Source: Eubacteriales bacterium
Lineage (GTDB): Bacteria > Bacillota > Clostridia > Oscillospirales > CAG-272
Reading direction: 5' to 3'
Assembly (NCBI GenBank): GCA_045533775.1
Contig: JAZSIK010000024.1
Coordinates: 5,510 to 69,509, forward strand
Length of the DNA: 64,000 nt
Shown here: positions 42,749 through 53,769 of the stretch, one piece after another
Layout: every line of letters begins with the position of its first letter
How positions within the stretch are numbered: the first letter of the stretch is position 1
Position numbers and translations under genes: made by a program
The notes under the pieces: model-generated
Seen by the model: the letters and a program-made list of their open reading frames with translations, nothing else
Databases searched by the model: none
What the model was told of the DNA's origin: nothing

Positions 42749-43955
42749 ATATGATCCTGATTCTTGATTCAATTTTTGCGCCGCCCACACAGAGCGTATC
42801 CAGCGCGCGTGTTATTTCCTGCTCGGTCATTGGCGGGGTGGCAAACGCCAGCTCCTTGCCCTCCGAGATAATCTGAACATCTCCTATGGCTTCTTTGAGT
42901 GACTCAGGGCTTACACCCGAGAGAGCAATATAATGTCTTGACTCAAAATCGGCAAAATCAAGGAGAGATCTGCTCGTCTTTTCCCATACGGGCTCGGCAT
43001 AATTTCTGCCCGAACGCATGATCTGCATAAGATCTCCTACCACCGCCGATGCTGTCGCACCTGCGCCGGCGCCCTGACCGTAAAACATTACATTACCGAT
43101 AGGATCACCCAGGACCTCAACAGCATTGTATACGCCGTTTACACCCGAGAGGGGAGAGTCGGCTCCAAGCATAAAGGGCGCTACCATAACCTGCATACCC
43201 TCATCCTTGATAACGCATCTGCCAAGAAGCTTTATTACACGTCCCAGTCTTTCTGCAGCCAGCACATCCTCCTTGCGGATATTTGTAATACCCTCGGTGT
43301 GAATATTCTCTGTCGGCAGCAGCTCTCCGCTTACAAGAGCGGTGAGAATCGCAATTTTACGGCAGGCATCAATGCCAAGCACGTCGGCGTCCGGATTTCT
43401 CTCGGCATAGCCTCTGTTCTGTGCATCGCCAAGCGACTCCTCAAAGGAGGCACCAAAGGAAAACATCTTTGTGAGAATATAGTTTGTCGTGCCGTTGAGA
43501 ATGCCTCGCACCTCGCGTATTCTGTTCTGACCGATACAGTTTATCATAGGAGAGATGACGGGAATACCGCCGCCCACCGCCGCCTCAAAGCGATAGCACA
43601 CGCCTTTCTCTCGTGCCAGACGGAGAAACTCGTCGCCGTATCTTGACACTACCTCCTTGTTTGAGGTAATGACGCTTTTGCCGGCTTCAAGAGATGCCAC
43701 CGTGTATTCATATGCGGGGTGAGAGCCACCCATAGCCTCAATCACACAGTCTACGTCGGGGTCGGATAGTATAATATTAAAATCGTGCACTACTCTGTTG
43801 GCAAATGGGGAGGAGGGGAAGTCCCTGAGATCAAGTATGTACTTGATATTTACATCCTCGCCGCCAAGACGGGTTATGCAATCGTAGTTGTTGGTAATCA
43901 GGTCGGCAACACCGCCGCCAACGACGCCGAAGCCGAGAATTGCAATATTCCTCAT
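42747..43955 (-). CDS. hom: Homoserine dehydrogenase
   Basis: 402 aa; NAD motif ILGFGVVGGG, catalytic region, C-terminal ACT domain. Confidence 0.92.
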   Translation of the reverse strand: MRNIAILGFGVVGGGVADLITNNYDCITRLGGEDVNIKYILDLRDFPSSPFANRVVHDFNIILSDPDVDCVIEAMGGSHPAYEYTVASLEAGKSVITSNKEVVSRYGDEFLRLAREKGVCYRFEAAVGGGIPVISPMINCIGQNRIREVRGILNGTTNYILTKMFSFGASFEESLGDAQNRGYAERNPDADVLGIDACRKIAILTALVSGELLPTENIHTEGITNIRKEDVLAAERLGRVIKLLGRCVIKDEGMQVMVAPFMLGADSPLSGVNGVYNAVEVLGDPIGNVMFYGQGAGAGATASAVVGDLMQIMRSGRNYAEPVWEKTSRSLLDFADFESRHYIALSGVSPESLKEAIGDVQIISEGKELAFATPPMTEQEITRALDTLCVGGAKIESRIRII

Positions 43956-43969
43956 TTTTACGTTTCCTT

Positions 43970-44004
43970 AAAAAATAATAGGGGGCTTCGTGGAAGAAAC
44001 CCCC
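43970..44004 (-). terminator. Intrinsic-terminator-like hairpin inside the hom leader (also downstream of the M23 gene)
   Basis: Minus strand: GGGGGTTTC-ttccac-GAAGCCCCC (9 bp, one G-U) followed by TATTATTTTTT. It lies between the hom promoter and the hom RBS. Confidence 0.65.
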
Positions 44005-44016
44005 GATGACAAGAAA

Positions 44017-44045
44017 ATTATAACATAAATGTCAAATCTTGTCAA
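44017..44045 (-). promoter_or_regulatory. Promoter of hom
   Basis: Minus strand: TTGACA (44045-44040), 17-nt spacer, TATAAT (44022-44017). Confidence 0.6.
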
Positions 44046-44056
44046 GCAATTTTAGT

Positions 44057-44764
44057 CTAAACCTCGGTAATCCCCAGAGAAGCCTTTTTTGACTCATCAG
44101 AGATATAATCAAGAGGGTTGACGCTGACCCCCTCTACCTTAACGCCGAAGTGAAGATGAGCCTCCTCTGCCAGCTCGGAGAGAGAGGTGTCACCAACCGT
44201 ACCGATAAGAGCGCCCGACTTTACGGTATCGCCCTCCTTTACTGCAATATTTGTGGCAGCCAGGTTGGAATACACGCTGACAATACCGCTGTCGTGGGTG
44301 ATCTCCACCGTCTTGCCGTATCTTGCATCGCTGTAAATCTTGGTGACCTTTCCGTCTGCCGCAGCATAGACCTCTGCACCCTCGTCGGTGGCAATATCAA
44401 TTCCGGTGTGTACTCTCCATTCGTTAAGTGTGGTGGAAAATACGGGAGTATCAATGCTGTGGTGCTTGGTTACATCGCCTACAACGGGAGAAACCATAGT
44501 GAGCTTGTCGGGCTTTTTGTTTTCATCCTCGCCCTCATCCTTGCCCTCGTCCTCGTTCTTGTCGCCCTCACCATCATCGGGAGTTTGATTGTCGTCGTTG
44601 GGGGGCAGACTGCCTACGGGACCGCTGTCAGGCGGAACAGTGTCGTTTCTGGTTGCAGATACAATACCGATAACGAGCGCCGTTACACACAGAACACTGA
44701 TAACGGCAGCGTAAATGATTTTGACCTTTTTGGGCTGGTCGCTGAATCTTAGTTTTTTATTCAT
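44057..44764 (-). CDS. M23 family metallopeptidase (peptidoglycan endopeptidase)
   Basis: N-terminal TM, low-complexity acidic linker, then HTGIDI ... HLHFGV LytM-type motifs. Confidence 0.9.
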   Translation of the reverse strand: MNKKLRFSDQPKKVKIIYAAVISVLCVTALVIGIVSATRNDTVPPDSGPVGSLPPNDDNQTPDDGEGDKNEDEGKDEGEDENKKPDKLTMVSPVVGDVTKHHSIDTPVFSTTLNEWRVHTGIDIATDEGAEVYAAADGKVTKIYSDARYGKTVEITHDSGIVSVYSNLAATNIAVKEGDTVKSGALIGTVGDTSLSELAEEAHLHFGVKVEGVSVNPLDYISDESKKASLGITEV

Positions 44765-44893
44765 TCTTATTTCCTTTCCTTTTGAATGCTACAACTATTC
44801 TTGCCACACAAAGGGAAAATATACGCCACAAAACAAAAAAGTAAAAAGATGGGTAGAAATAAAGCGGACTTGAGAGTAATTTATTTTTTGCTA

Positions 44894-44922
44894 TTGACAA
44901 TTTGCACAAAATATATTATAAT
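44894..44922 (+). promoter_or_regulatory. Promoter
   Basis: TTGACA (44894-44899), 17-nt spacer, TATAAT (44917-44922). Confidence 0.6.
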
Positions 44923-44965
44923 TATTTAGTTAAACTATATCTTTATTATTTCGGGAGGATAGTAT

Positions 44966-45784
44966 ATGCAGGATAAAATATCACTTGCAGGCGATCTTGG
45001 CAGCGGTAAGAGCACCGTTGCTGATATTCTTATCAAACGCCTTGGAGCAGAGTATTATTGCACCGGTGCTATCGTAAGAGCCATTGCCGCCGAGCGCGGT
45101 ATGACCGTTGGCGAGCTGAATAAGTATATGGAGACCCATCCCGAAATTGATCGCGAGATTGATGACGGTATCGCTGCTCTCTCTGATGACGAGAGATTTC
45201 TCATCATTGACTCCCGCATGGCGTGGCATTTTACCAAGGGCACCTTCAAGGTGTATCTTTCCGCGGATATTGAGACCAGCGCGCTCCGTATTATGAACGC
45301 AAACAGAAAGGGTGAGCACAACGCCACCCTTGAGGAGACTATTGACTGCACCCGCTCCCGTCGCGAGAGCGAAAAAAAGCGTTATACCGAGCAGTACGGA
45401 GTTGACATCAAGGATCTGTCCAACTACTCTCTGATAGTTGATACTACCGTTGCCACCCCCGATGAGATCGCCGACCGTATAGCGACCTCCTTTGCCCTTT
45501 GGCAGAAGGACAAGTCCTATGAGCGTGTTTTTGTCTCTCCCGAGAGACTTCATTTCCCTGAGCGTGAGCTTGACGGAGACGCTCTTTCTCCCCTCCACGC
45601 AAGACTTGATGCCGGCGAGGAGCTTACCGACATAACCGTATGCGAGAGAGACGGCGAGTTCTATCTTGTAGACGGCTTTGAGTCTGCTATGGCATATGTT
45701 TTCAGATTCTCCACCTTTATTCCCGCGACCCTTGTTGACGCTCAGCCTGACGGTGAATATGTCAGGATGAGAAACTCTCTGTGA
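44966..45784 (+). CDS. Cytidylate-kinase-like P-loop protein with extra C-terminal ParB/Srx-like domain
   Basis: P-loop GDLGSGKST and cytidylate kinase-like core (about 190 aa), plus an 80-aa C-terminal extension VSPERLHFPE...ITVCERDGEFYLVDGFESAMAY...IPATLV. Confidence 0.7.
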   Translation: MQDKISLAGDLGSGKSTVADILIKRLGAEYYCTGAIVRAIAAERGMTVGELNKYMETHPEIDREIDDGIAALSDDERFLIIDSRMAWHFTKGTFKVYLSADIETSALRIMNANRKGEHNATLEETIDCTRSRRESEKKRYTEQYGVDIKDLSNYSLIVDTTVATPDEIADRIATSFALWQKDKSYERVFVSPERLHFPERELDGDALSPLHARLDAGEELTDITVCERDGEFYLVDGFESAMAYVFRFSTFIPATLVDAQPDGEYVRMRNSL

Positions 45785-45808
45785 TTATTGATTGAAAGGT
45801 AAATATAT

Positions 45809-47545
45809 ATGCTTACATTGAAGAAAAATACCGCATCGCTTATTGCCGATGTCGTAGCAGGCAGCTTTGGTGAGGGACTTCTCTCTGCCGAAGAGGTTTT
45901 TGCTATGCTTGAGTATCCGCCCGATAAGACTATGGGCGATATAGCTCTCCCTTGCTTCCGCCTTTCCCGCAGTCTGCGCCGTTCTCCCGTGCAGATCGCC
46001 GAGACTCTTGCCGCATCCATCAAGTGCGAGGAGTTCTCGTCTATAACTGCGGTAAATGGTTATCTTAATTTCAAAATTGACGGCACCGCCTTCTCTCGCA
46101 GAGTAGCGGGCGAGGTGCTTTCTCTCGCTGACAAATACGGCTCGCCTATGAACGGTGAGGGCAAGACGGTCGTTCTTGACTACTCCTCTCCCAATGTGGC
46201 AAAGCCTTTCCATATCGGCCACCTTGGCACTACCGTTATCGGCCACTCGCTGAAGCTTCTTCACGAGTTTGCAGGATATAAGTGCGTTGGTATAAACTAT
46301 CTCGGTGACTGGGGCACCCAGTTCGGTAAGCTTATTGTTGCTTATAAGAAATGGGGAGATAAGGCTACCATAGAGCAAGGCGGAGTTGATGAGCTGGTTA
46401 AGCTCTATGTCCGCATCAACAATGAGATCAAGGCTGAGGAGGAGGCAAACGAGGATAAGAAATCTCCTCTTGCAGATGCTTCCCGCGCTGAGTTCAAGAA
46501 GCTTGAGGAGTTTGATGAGGAGAACATCGCTCTGTGGCGTTGGTTCGTTGACGTGAGCCTTGAGGAGTATCAGCGCACATATAAGCTTCTCGGCATTGAG
46601 TTTGACTCCTATAAGGGAGAGTCCTTCTATACCGACAAGATGCCCGCACAGGTGCAGAAGCTTCGTGATATGGGCCTGCTTCAGATTGATGACGGAGCCT
46701 CTATTGTAAATCTTGATGAGTGGAATATGCCTGTTTGTCTTATTCTTAAGAGAGACGGCTCTACCCTCTATCCTACCCGTGATATTGCCGCTGCCGTATA
46801 TCGCAAGGGCGAGTATGGCTTTGATAAGGCTATATATGTTACTGCAGCACAGCAGTCGCTCCACTTTGCGCAGTGGTTCAAGGTCGTAGAGCTTATGGGC
46901 TACGATTGGTACGATCAGCTTGTTCACGTTCCCTATGGAACGGTATCGGTAAACGGAGCTAAGCTCGCTACCAGAACGGGTAATGTAATTCTTCTTAAGG
47001 ATCTCTTTGCCGAGGCGATCGCAAGAGTAAAGGAGATAGCCAAGGATAAGCATCCCGACGAGGCAGAGTGTCAGGCTATTGCTGAGAAGGTTGGCGTAGG
47101 CGCGGTAGTATTCCATTACCTCTCCAACAACCGTATGCGTGATATCAACTTTATTATGGAGGATGCACTCTCCTTTGACGGTAACACAGGTCCCTATGCT
47201 CAGTACACCTACGCCCGTACCTGTTCCATTCTTGAGAAGGCAGGCGAGGCAGGCAAGGTGATGACAGATGCACCTCTCTCTGACCTTGAGGTTGAGCTTG
47301 CCAAGACTCTCTCGGTATTCCCCGAGCGTGTCAATGCTGCTATTGCGGACTATGAACCCTCTGTAATTACAAGATACATTCTTGATCTCTGTGCGGCATT
47401 TAACCGCTTCTACCACGAGTGCAGCATAGTGAACTGTGATGACTGCGGACTTCGTGAGAGCCGTATCGCTCTTACCAGAGCCACCAATCAGATCCTTAGA
47501 ACTGCATTGCATCTTATTTGCATGCAGTCGCCCGAAAAGATTTAA
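45809..47545 (+). CDS. argS: Arginine--tRNA ligase
   Basis: 578 aa class I aaRS; SSPNVAKPFHIGHLG (HIGH) motif; DALR anticodon-binding C-terminus. Confidence 0.95.
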   Translation: MLTLKKNTASLIADVVAGSFGEGLLSAEEVFAMLEYPPDKTMGDIALPCFRLSRSLRRSPVQIAETLAASIKCEEFSSITAVNGYLNFKIDGTAFSRRVAGEVLSLADKYGSPMNGEGKTVVLDYSSPNVAKPFHIGHLGTTVIGHSLKLLHEFAGYKCVGINYLGDWGTQFGKLIVAYKKWGDKATIEQGGVDELVKLYVRINNEIKAEEEANEDKKSPLADASRAEFKKLEEFDEENIALWRWFVDVSLEEYQRTYKLLGIEFDSYKGESFYTDKMPAQVQKLRDMGLLQIDDGASIVNLDEWNMPVCLILKRDGSTLYPTRDIAAAVYRKGEYGFDKAIYVTAAQQSLHFAQWFKVVELMGYDWYDQLVHVPYGTVSVNGAKLATRTGNVILLKDLFAEAIARVKEIAKDKHPDEAECQAIAEKVGVGAVVFHYLSNNRMRDINFIMEDALSFDGNTGPYAQYTYARTCSILEKAGEAGKVMTDAPLSDLEVELAKTLSVFPERVNAAIADYEPSVITRYILDLCAAFNRFYHECSIVNCDDCGLRESRIALTRATNQILRTALHLICMQSPEKI

Positions 47546-47574
47546 AATTGTTATTAATTTTAGGAGAAATATAT

Positions 47575-48300
47575 ATGTCAGGACATTCTAAATGGAATAA
47601 TATCAAGCATAAGAAGGAAAAGGCTGATGCCGCTAAGGCGAAGATCTTTACCAAGATCGGTAAGGAGATGGCTGTTGCAATCAAGGCGGGCGGTCCCGAT
47701 CCTAACAACAACTCTAAGCTGAGAGACCTTATTGCAAAGGCAAAGGCAAACAACGTGCCCAACGATAATATTCAGCGTACCATCAAGAAGTTCACCGACA
47801 ACGGTGACATCAACTTTGAGGAGATCACCTACGAGGGCTACGGTCCCTCGGGCGTTGCTATCATTGTTGAGACTCAGACAGATAACCGCAACCGTACCGC
47901 GGGTAACGTTCGTGCAGCATTCTCCAAGTACGGCGGCAACCTGGGGCAGAACGGCTGCGTAGGCTATCTCTTTGAGGAGAAGGGCGTTATCACGATCGTT
48001 GATGAGGACGAGGAGATTGATGAGGATAAGATTATGGAGGATGCCCTTGAGTGCGGCGCAGAGGACATCAAGTCCGATGAGGGTGAGTATAGCATTTACA
48101 CCTCCCCCGAGGATCTCAACAGCGTTCGCGACGCTATAATCTCTCTCGGCTACCAGATCAACACCGCCGATCTTGCCAAGGTTCCCTCTACATATGTAGA
48201 GCTTACCAGCGAGGAGGATATCGCCAATATGGAGAAGATGTTGGATAAGTTCAATGAGGATGATGACGTAAACGCGGTTTACCATAACTGGGATAACTAA
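47575..48300 (+). CDS. YebC/PmpR family DNA-binding transcriptional regulator
   Basis: ORF track 47518..48300; ATG 47575 follows AGGAGA. MSGHSKWNNIKHKK canonical N-terminus. Confidence 0.95.
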   Translation: MSGHSKWNNIKHKKEKADAAKAKIFTKIGKEMAVAIKAGGPDPNNNSKLRDLIAKAKANNVPNDNIQRTIKKFTDNGDINFEEITYEGYGPSGVAIIVETQTDNRNRTAGNVRAAFSKYGGNLGQNGCVGYLFEEKGVITIVDEDEEIDEDKIMEDALECGAEDIKSDEGEYSIYTSPEDLNSVRDAIISLGYQINTADLAKVPSTYVELTSEEDIANMEKMLDKFNEDDDVNAVYHNWDN

Positions 48301-48303
48301 AAT

Positions 48304-48341
48304 AAAAAAAGACACAAGGCTTTGACCTTGTGTCTTTTTTT
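48304..48341. terminator. Bidirectional terminator
   Basis: AAAAAAA-GACACAAGG-ctttga-CCTTGTGTC-TTTTTTT. Confidence 0.85.
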
Positions 48342-48342
48342 C

Positions 48343-48765
48343 TTACGGCTCCTGTTGATGCTTAAGATTGCTTGAAATAACCTTTTTCAGATCTTCCTTG
48401 GGAATAAGAAATCTCCTTATTGCAAACAGTCCTGCGATACATACGACGCAGACAATGGTGCTGACAGGATCGCTGTGATTAATGATAACGTGCCTTGAAA
48501 TCGCGAGGACAAGAACCTCCAGGACGTTTGCGGGAGTAAAGTCTACAAGCATGCTTACAAACTCAAGACCTATTACTATACCGAGTATACTCTCAAGGAA
48601 GTGCTTGCTGTCGGCAAGATGCTCGTTTACAGCAAAATCGGGCACAAATATCTTTGCTACCTCGGTGAAAAGTAAATAAAGCATAGCGCAGAGGGTAATA
48701 ATTGCAATAATGATCTCAACAACTTCTACTATGTAGTGAAGGATCTTTTCTGTCTTTTTTAACAT
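48343..48765 (-). CDS. Small 4-TM membrane protein, PsiE-like
   Basis: 140 aa with four hydrophobic helices; resembles the phosphate-starvation-inducible PsiE family (from memory). Confidence 0.55.
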   Translation of the reverse strand: MLKKTEKILHYIVEVVEIIIAIITLCAMLYLLFTEVAKIFVPDFAVNEHLADSKHFLESILGIVIGLEFVSMLVDFTPANVLEVLVLAISRHVIINHSDPVSTIVCVVCIAGLFAIRRFLIPKEDLKKVISSNLKHQQEP

Positions 48766-48923
48766 ATTAATGCTCCTCGTTTTTTATACCGACACTATTC
48801 TACATCAAAAGTTACAATTTGTCAACCTTATTTTCTTTTTCTCTTTACATTAATAACATTTTGTGATAAAATATATAAGTAAAAATATTTTCAAAAGCAA
48901 AAGAGGGGAGGGAAAAATCCAAG

Positions 48924-50882
48924 ATGGATGGTGTATTTAAGCTTAAAAGCGACTTTTTGCCCACGGGCGATCAGCCTGAGGCTATCCGCGCTCTGACAGA
49001 GGGAGTTCTGGCTGGTGAGCGTTCACAGACCCTGCTTGGTGTAACCGGATCGGGCAAAACCTTTACAATGGCGAATGTTATTGCCAATCTTAACCGTCCC
49101 ACCCTTGTTCTCGCGCACAACAAGACACTTGCCGCTCAGCTTTGCACAGAGTTCCGCGCCTTTTTCCCCGATAATGCGGTTGAGTATTTCGTATCATACT
49201 ATGACTACTATCAGCCCGAAGCGTATATCCCCGGCAAGGATGTGTATATTGAGAAGGACGCTATGGTAAACGAGGAGATTGATATGCTCCGTCACAGTGC
49301 TACCAGCGCGCTGTTTGAGAGGCGTGATGTGATAATCGTTGCATCTGTGTCCTGTATTTACACCCTCGGTGACCCTATGGAATATCAGAATCTTCTTGTG
49401 TCCGTAAGGGTAGGGCAGCAGATGTCCCGAGACGATCTGATCCGCCGTCTCGTGTCTATAAGCTACGAGCGTAACGATGTCAATTTCGTTCGTAATAAGT
49501 TCCGCGTGCGTGGCGATGTGGTAGAGGTTTTCCCTGCGTCAAAGCGCGATGTGGCAATACGGATTGAGTTCTTCGGCGATGAGATTGACCGCATCTCCCG
49601 CGTAAACCCTCTGACAGGCGAGGTTACTGAGCATCTTACCTACGCCGCTATATTCCCCGCGACGCACTATGCGGTGTCTGATGACCGTCGCGAGGCAGCT
49701 CTCCTTGAGATTGAGGCTGAGATGCGCGAGAGAGTAGAGTATTTCAAATCTCAGAACAAGCTGATTGAGGCACAGCGAATTGAAGAGCGAACCAAATACG
49801 ATCTGGAGATGCTTCGTGAGGTGGGCTTCTGCTCGGGCGTTGAGAATTACTCCCGCGTTCTTTCGGGCAGACCTGCGGGCTCTACGCCTCATACATTGCT
49901 TGATTATTTCCCATCTGATTTTGTAACATTTATAGACGAGAGCCACGTAACTCTCCCTCAGGTGAGAGGTATGTCGGGTGGAGACTATGCCAGAAAGAAA
50001 AATCTGGTTGATTTTGGCTTCCGTTTGCCCTCAGCCTTTGATAACAGACCGCTTTTCTTTGAGGAGTTTGAGGATAAGATAGGACAGACGATTTTTGTCA
50101 GTGCAACCCCCGGACCCTATGAAAAGCAGGAGAGCTCCTCCGTGGCAGAGCAGCTTATTCGTCCCACGGGTCTTATTGATCCTAAGATTGATGTCCGCCC
50201 CATAGAGGGACAGGTAGATGATCTTATCGGTGAGATACGCACCACCACAGCAAGAGGTGAGAAGGTGCTTGTTACCACTATGACAAAAAATATGGCTGAG
50301 GATCTTACAGAATATCTGTCTACTCACGGCATAAAGGTAAAATACATTCACCATCAGGTAGAAACCCTTGAGCGTATGGAGATAATACGCGACTTGAGAC
50401 TTGGCGAGTTTGATGTGCTGGTGGGTATAAACCTTCTTCGTGAGGGTCTTGATATACCCGAGGTATCTCTTGTCGCTATTCTTGATGCCGACAAGGAGGG
50501 CTTCCTTCGTAGTGAGACCTCGCTGATACAGACCGTAGGCCGAGCCGCGAGAAATGTCAACGGACACGTTATTATGTATGCCGACCGCATCACGGGTTCT
50601 ATGAGGGCGGCTATTGACGAGACAGAGCGCCGTCGCAGCATACAGATGAAATATAATGAAAGGCACGGCATTACTCCCGAGAGTGTAAGGAAGGCCGTTG
50701 CTGATGTCATTGAAATCGGCAAGAAGGCTAAGCCTGAGGCTGATAAAAAGCTTACCAGACTTCAGAAGGAAAAGATGATAGAGCAGCTGACTGCCGAGAT
50801 GCGCGAGGCTGCCAGAACGCTTGAGTTTGAGAAGGCGGCATATATCCGTGACCGCATAAAAGAACTCAAAAACAAGAAATAA
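48924..50882 (+). CDS. uvrB: Excinuclease ABC subunit B
   Basis: 652 aa; [12 protein letters not shown] Walker A, helicase motifs, C-terminal UVR domain ([14 protein letters not shown]). Confidence 0.97.
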   Translation: MDGVFKLKSDFLPTGDQPEAIRALTEGVLAGERSQTLLGVTGSGKTFTMANVIANLNRPTLVLAHNKTLAAQLCTEFRAFFPDNAVEYFVSYYDYYQPEAYIPGKDVYIEKDAMVNEEIDMLRHSATSALFERRDVIIVASVSCIYTLGDPMEYQNLLVSVRVGQQMSRDDLIRRLVSISYERNDVNFVRNKFRVRGDVVEVFPASKRDVAIRIEFFGDEIDRISRVNPLTGEVTEHLTYAAIFPATHYAVSDDRREAALLEIEAEMRERVEYFKSQNKLIEAQRIEERTKYDLEMLREVGFCSGVENYSRVLSGRPAGSTPHTLLDYFPSDFVTFIDESHVTLPQVRGMSGGDYARKKNLVDFGFRLPSAFDNRPLFFEEFEDKIGQTIFVSATPGPYEKQESSSVAEQLIRPTGLIDPKIDVRPIEGQVDDLIGEIRTTTARGEKVLVTTMTKNMAEDLTEYLSTHGIKVKYIHHQVETLERMEIIRDLRLGEFDVLVGINLLREGLDIPEVSLVAILDADKEGFLRSETSLIQTVGRAARNVNGHVIMYADRITGSMRAAIDETERRRSIQMKYNERHGITPESVRKAVADVIEIGKKAKPEADKKLTRLQKEKMIEQLTAEMREAARTLEFEKAAYIRDRIKELKNKK

Positions 50883-50900
50883 AAGGAAAAATAACGCAAA

Positions 50901-53768
50901 ATGTCAAGAAATATTGTCATTAAAGGGGCAAAAGTAAATAATTTGAAGGATGTTTCGGTCACTATTCCGAGAGATAAGCTTGTTGTTCTGACAGGCCTTT
51001 CAGGTAGTGGCAAGTCCTCTCTCGCCTTTGATACCCTCTATGCCGAGGGACACAGGAGGTTCGTGGAGAGCCTTTCGTCCTATGCCAGAATGTTTATCGG
51101 TCAGATGGATAAGCCCGAGGTTGATCTCATTGAGGGGCTTTCTCCCGCTATATCCATAGACCAGAAGACTACATCCAAGAATCCCCGATCCACCGTTGGT
51201 ACGGTTACCGAGATATATGACTATCTACGTCTGCTTTACGCCAGGGTTGGCGTGCCTCACTGTCCCGTATGCGGCAAGGAGATAAAGCAGCAGAGCCTTG
51301 ATCAGATAGTAGACCGTATTATGATGCTTGATGAGGGATGTCGTTTTATGGTTCTTTCTCCTGTTGTCAGGGCACAAAAGGGTATGCACGAGAAGGTTCT
51401 GTCCGATGCGCGCAAGGGTGGCTTTGCCAGAGTGCGTATTGACGGAATTATGTACGACCTCTCCGAGCAGATTGACCTGGATAAGAATCAGAAGCACACC
51501 ATAGACATCGTTCTGGACCGTCTTGTTCTTCGCCCCGATATTCGGACCCGCCTTTCGGATTCGGTGGAATCTGCTCTCAGAGTTGCGGATGGCAGAGTTT
51601 GTGTTCTCATTATTGACCGAGAGGGCAAGGAGGTGGAGGAGCTTGAGTTTTCTCAGAAATACGCCTGTGAGGAGCACGGCATTTCCTTCCCCGAGCTTGA
51701 GCCCCGTATGTTTTCATTCAACAATCCTATGGGCGCCTGTCCCGATTGCGCAGGCATTGGTAATACCCAGTGCGTTTCGGTAAAAAAGCTCATTCCGCAT
51801 AAGCACCTTTCTCTGCGTGACGGCGGCATTGCCGTTAACGGCTTTAAGACTATGACCGAGGATTCCTGGACCGGTCCTCTGCTCGCTAAGGTGGGTGAGG
51901 GTTACGGCTTTACCCTTGATACACCCCTGTCGGATTATTCCGATGAGGCGATGAAGGCGCTTATGTATGGCACAGGATCAAAGCGCTATTCCGTAACGCG
52001 CTATTTCGGTGGCTACGGCAAGGATCAGGTCACTACCTTTGACGGCATTGTCGGTATTATAGAAAAACGTATGAAGATGATGGGCGGTGACTATTACCAG
52101 GAGTTTGTTGAGGAGGTTGACTGTCCCACCTGTAAGGGTAGAAGACTTTCGGATATGATCCTCGGCGTTACCGTAGGTGGATTGAATATTGATGAGATTT
52201 GCCGTCTTTCCATAGACAAAATGTATACATTTGTTGACAATCTGACCTTTAGCGAGGAGCAAACCAAGATCGCTAAAGAGATTTTGAAGGAAATAAAGGC
52301 GCGACTTAACTTCCTTATCAGCGTGGGGCTTGATTATCTTAATCTTGCCCGTACGGCCGGTACACTCTCCGGAGGCGAGGCTCAGAGAATCCGCCTTGCT
52401 ACACAGATCGGCTCCTCTCTTACGGGTGTGCTTTACATCCTTGACGAGCCCAGCATTGGCCTGCACCAGAGGGATAACGGCAAGCTTATCGGTACGCTTA
52501 AAAAGCTGCGTGACCTCGGTAACAGCGTGATCGTTGTTGAGCACGACGAGGATACCATGCGTGAGGCTGATTTTATAGTGGATGTAGGCCCCGGTGCAGG
52601 TATCCACGGCGGTGAGATCGTTGCTACCGGTACACCCGAGGAGGTTGCTGCATGTGAGAAATCTATTACGGGAGATTATTTGTCGGGAAGACGCAGCATT
52701 CCTGTTCCAAAGACTCGCAGAGCGGGTAACGGAAAGCTTCTCAGAATTATAGGCGCCGAGGAAAATAACCTCAAAAAGATTAACGTTGATATTCCTCTTG
52801 GCACGTTTACGGCTGTCACGGGTGTGTCGGGAAGTGGAAAATCCTCGTTGATAAACTCCATACTCTATCGTACTCTTGCTCGCGATCTTAATCGCGCTAT
52901 TACCTATCCCGGCAAGGTAGAGAGAGTTGAGGGACTTGAGTATCTTGATAAGGTGATTGCCATAGATCAGAGTCCCATAGGCAGAACGCCCCGATCTAAC
53001 CCCGCCACCTATACAGGTCTTTTCTCCGATATACGCAACTTGTTTGCTCAGACCAGAGATGCAAAGGCAAAGGGCTACGGTCCCGGCAGATTTTCCTTTA
53101 ATGTTCGCGGCGGACGCTGTGAGGCCTGCGAGGGAGATGGCGTTAAATGTATAGAAATGAACTTCCTGCCCGACGTCTATGTAAAATGCGACGTTTGTAA
53201 GGGAAAGAGATATAACAGAGATACCCTTGATGTAAAGTACAAGGGCAAGAGCATCTACGATGTGCTGGAGATGTCGGTAGAGGAGGGCATTTCCTTCTTT
53301 GAGGGGCTGCCCGCGTTGCAGAGAAAGCTTACCACACTCTTTGATGTTGGCCTTGGATATATCAAGATCGGTCAGTCCTCCACCACTCTTTCGGGAGGCG
53401 AGGCGCAGAGAGTAAAGCTGGCCACCGAGCTTGCAAAGCGCTCTACCGGTAAGACCATCTATATTCTTGACGAGCCTACCACGGGTCTGCACACAGATGA
53501 CGTTTCCAAGCTTATCGGTATTCTCCAGAGGCTTGCCGACGGTGGCAATACCGTAGTGGTAATTGAGCACAATCTTGACCTTATCAAGACCGCGGATCAT
53601 ATTATTGATCTGGGTCCCGAGGGGGGCGAGGGCGGTGGAACTGTCGTTGCCTGCGGTACGCCTGAAGAGGTCGCGGCATGTGAGGCATCTCACACGGGTG
53701 CTTTCCTTAAGGATAAATTAGCCGTCACCGATGCAGAAGCAAAGCCACTTGGGGCAGATGAGGTGTAA
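50901..53768 (+). CDS. uvrA: Excinuclease ABC subunit A
   Basis: 955 aa; two ABC ATPase modules ([18 protein letters not shown]; LSGGEAQR twice) and zinc fingers (CPVCG, CPDC, CPTCKG, CEACEG...CDVCKG). Confidence 0.97.
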   Translation: MSRNIVIKGAKVNNLKDVSVTIPRDKLVVLTGLSGSGKSSLAFDTLYAEGHRRFVESLSSYARMFIGQMDKPEVDLIEGLSPAISIDQKTTSKNPRSTVGTVTEIYDYLRLLYARVGVPHCPVCGKEIKQQSLDQIVDRIMMLDEGCRFMVLSPVVRAQKGMHEKVLSDARKGGFARVRIDGIMYDLSEQIDLDKNQKHTIDIVLDRLVLRPDIRTRLSDSVESALRVADGRVCVLIIDREGKEVEELEFSQKYACEEHGISFPELEPRMFSFNNPMGACPDCAGIGNTQCVSVKKLIPHKHLSLRDGGIAVNGFKTMTEDSWTGPLLAKVGEGYGFTLDTPLSDYSDEAMKALMYGTGSKRYSVTRYFGGYGKDQVTTFDGIVGIIEKRMKMMGGDYYQEFVEEVDCPTCKGRRLSDMILGVTVGGLNIDEICRLSIDKMYTFVDNLTFSEEQTKIAKEILKEIKARLNFLISVGLDYLNLARTAGTLSGGEAQRIRLATQIGSSLTGVLYILDEPSIGLHQRDNGKLIGTLKKLRDLGNSVIVVEHDEDTMREADFIVDVGPGAGIHGGEIVATGTPEEVAACEKSITGDYLSGRRSIPVPKTRRAGNGKLLRIIGAEENNLKKINVDIPLGTFTAVTGVSGSGKSSLINSILYRTLARDLNRAITYPGKVERVEGLEYLDKVIAIDQSPIGRTPRSNPATYTGLFSDIRNLFAQTRDAKAKGYGPGRFSFNVRGGRCEACEGDGVKCIEMNFLPDVYVKCDVCKGKRYNRDTLDVKYKGKSIYDVLEMSVEEGISFFEGLPALQRKLTTLFDVGLGYIKIGQSSTTLSGGEAQRVKLATELAKRSTGKTIYILDEPTTGLHTDDVSKLIGILQRLADGGNTVVVIEHNLDLIKTADHIIDLGPEGGEGGGTVVACGTPEEVAACEASHTGAFLKDKLAVTDAEAKPLGADEV

Positions 53769-53769
53769 T

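Noticed and set aside
48766-48923. LexA/DinR SOS box upstream of uvrB (and upstream of uvrA).
   Set aside because: No GAAC-N4-GTTC-type palindrome is visible in the uvrB upstream region, and uvrA follows uvrB after 18 nt.
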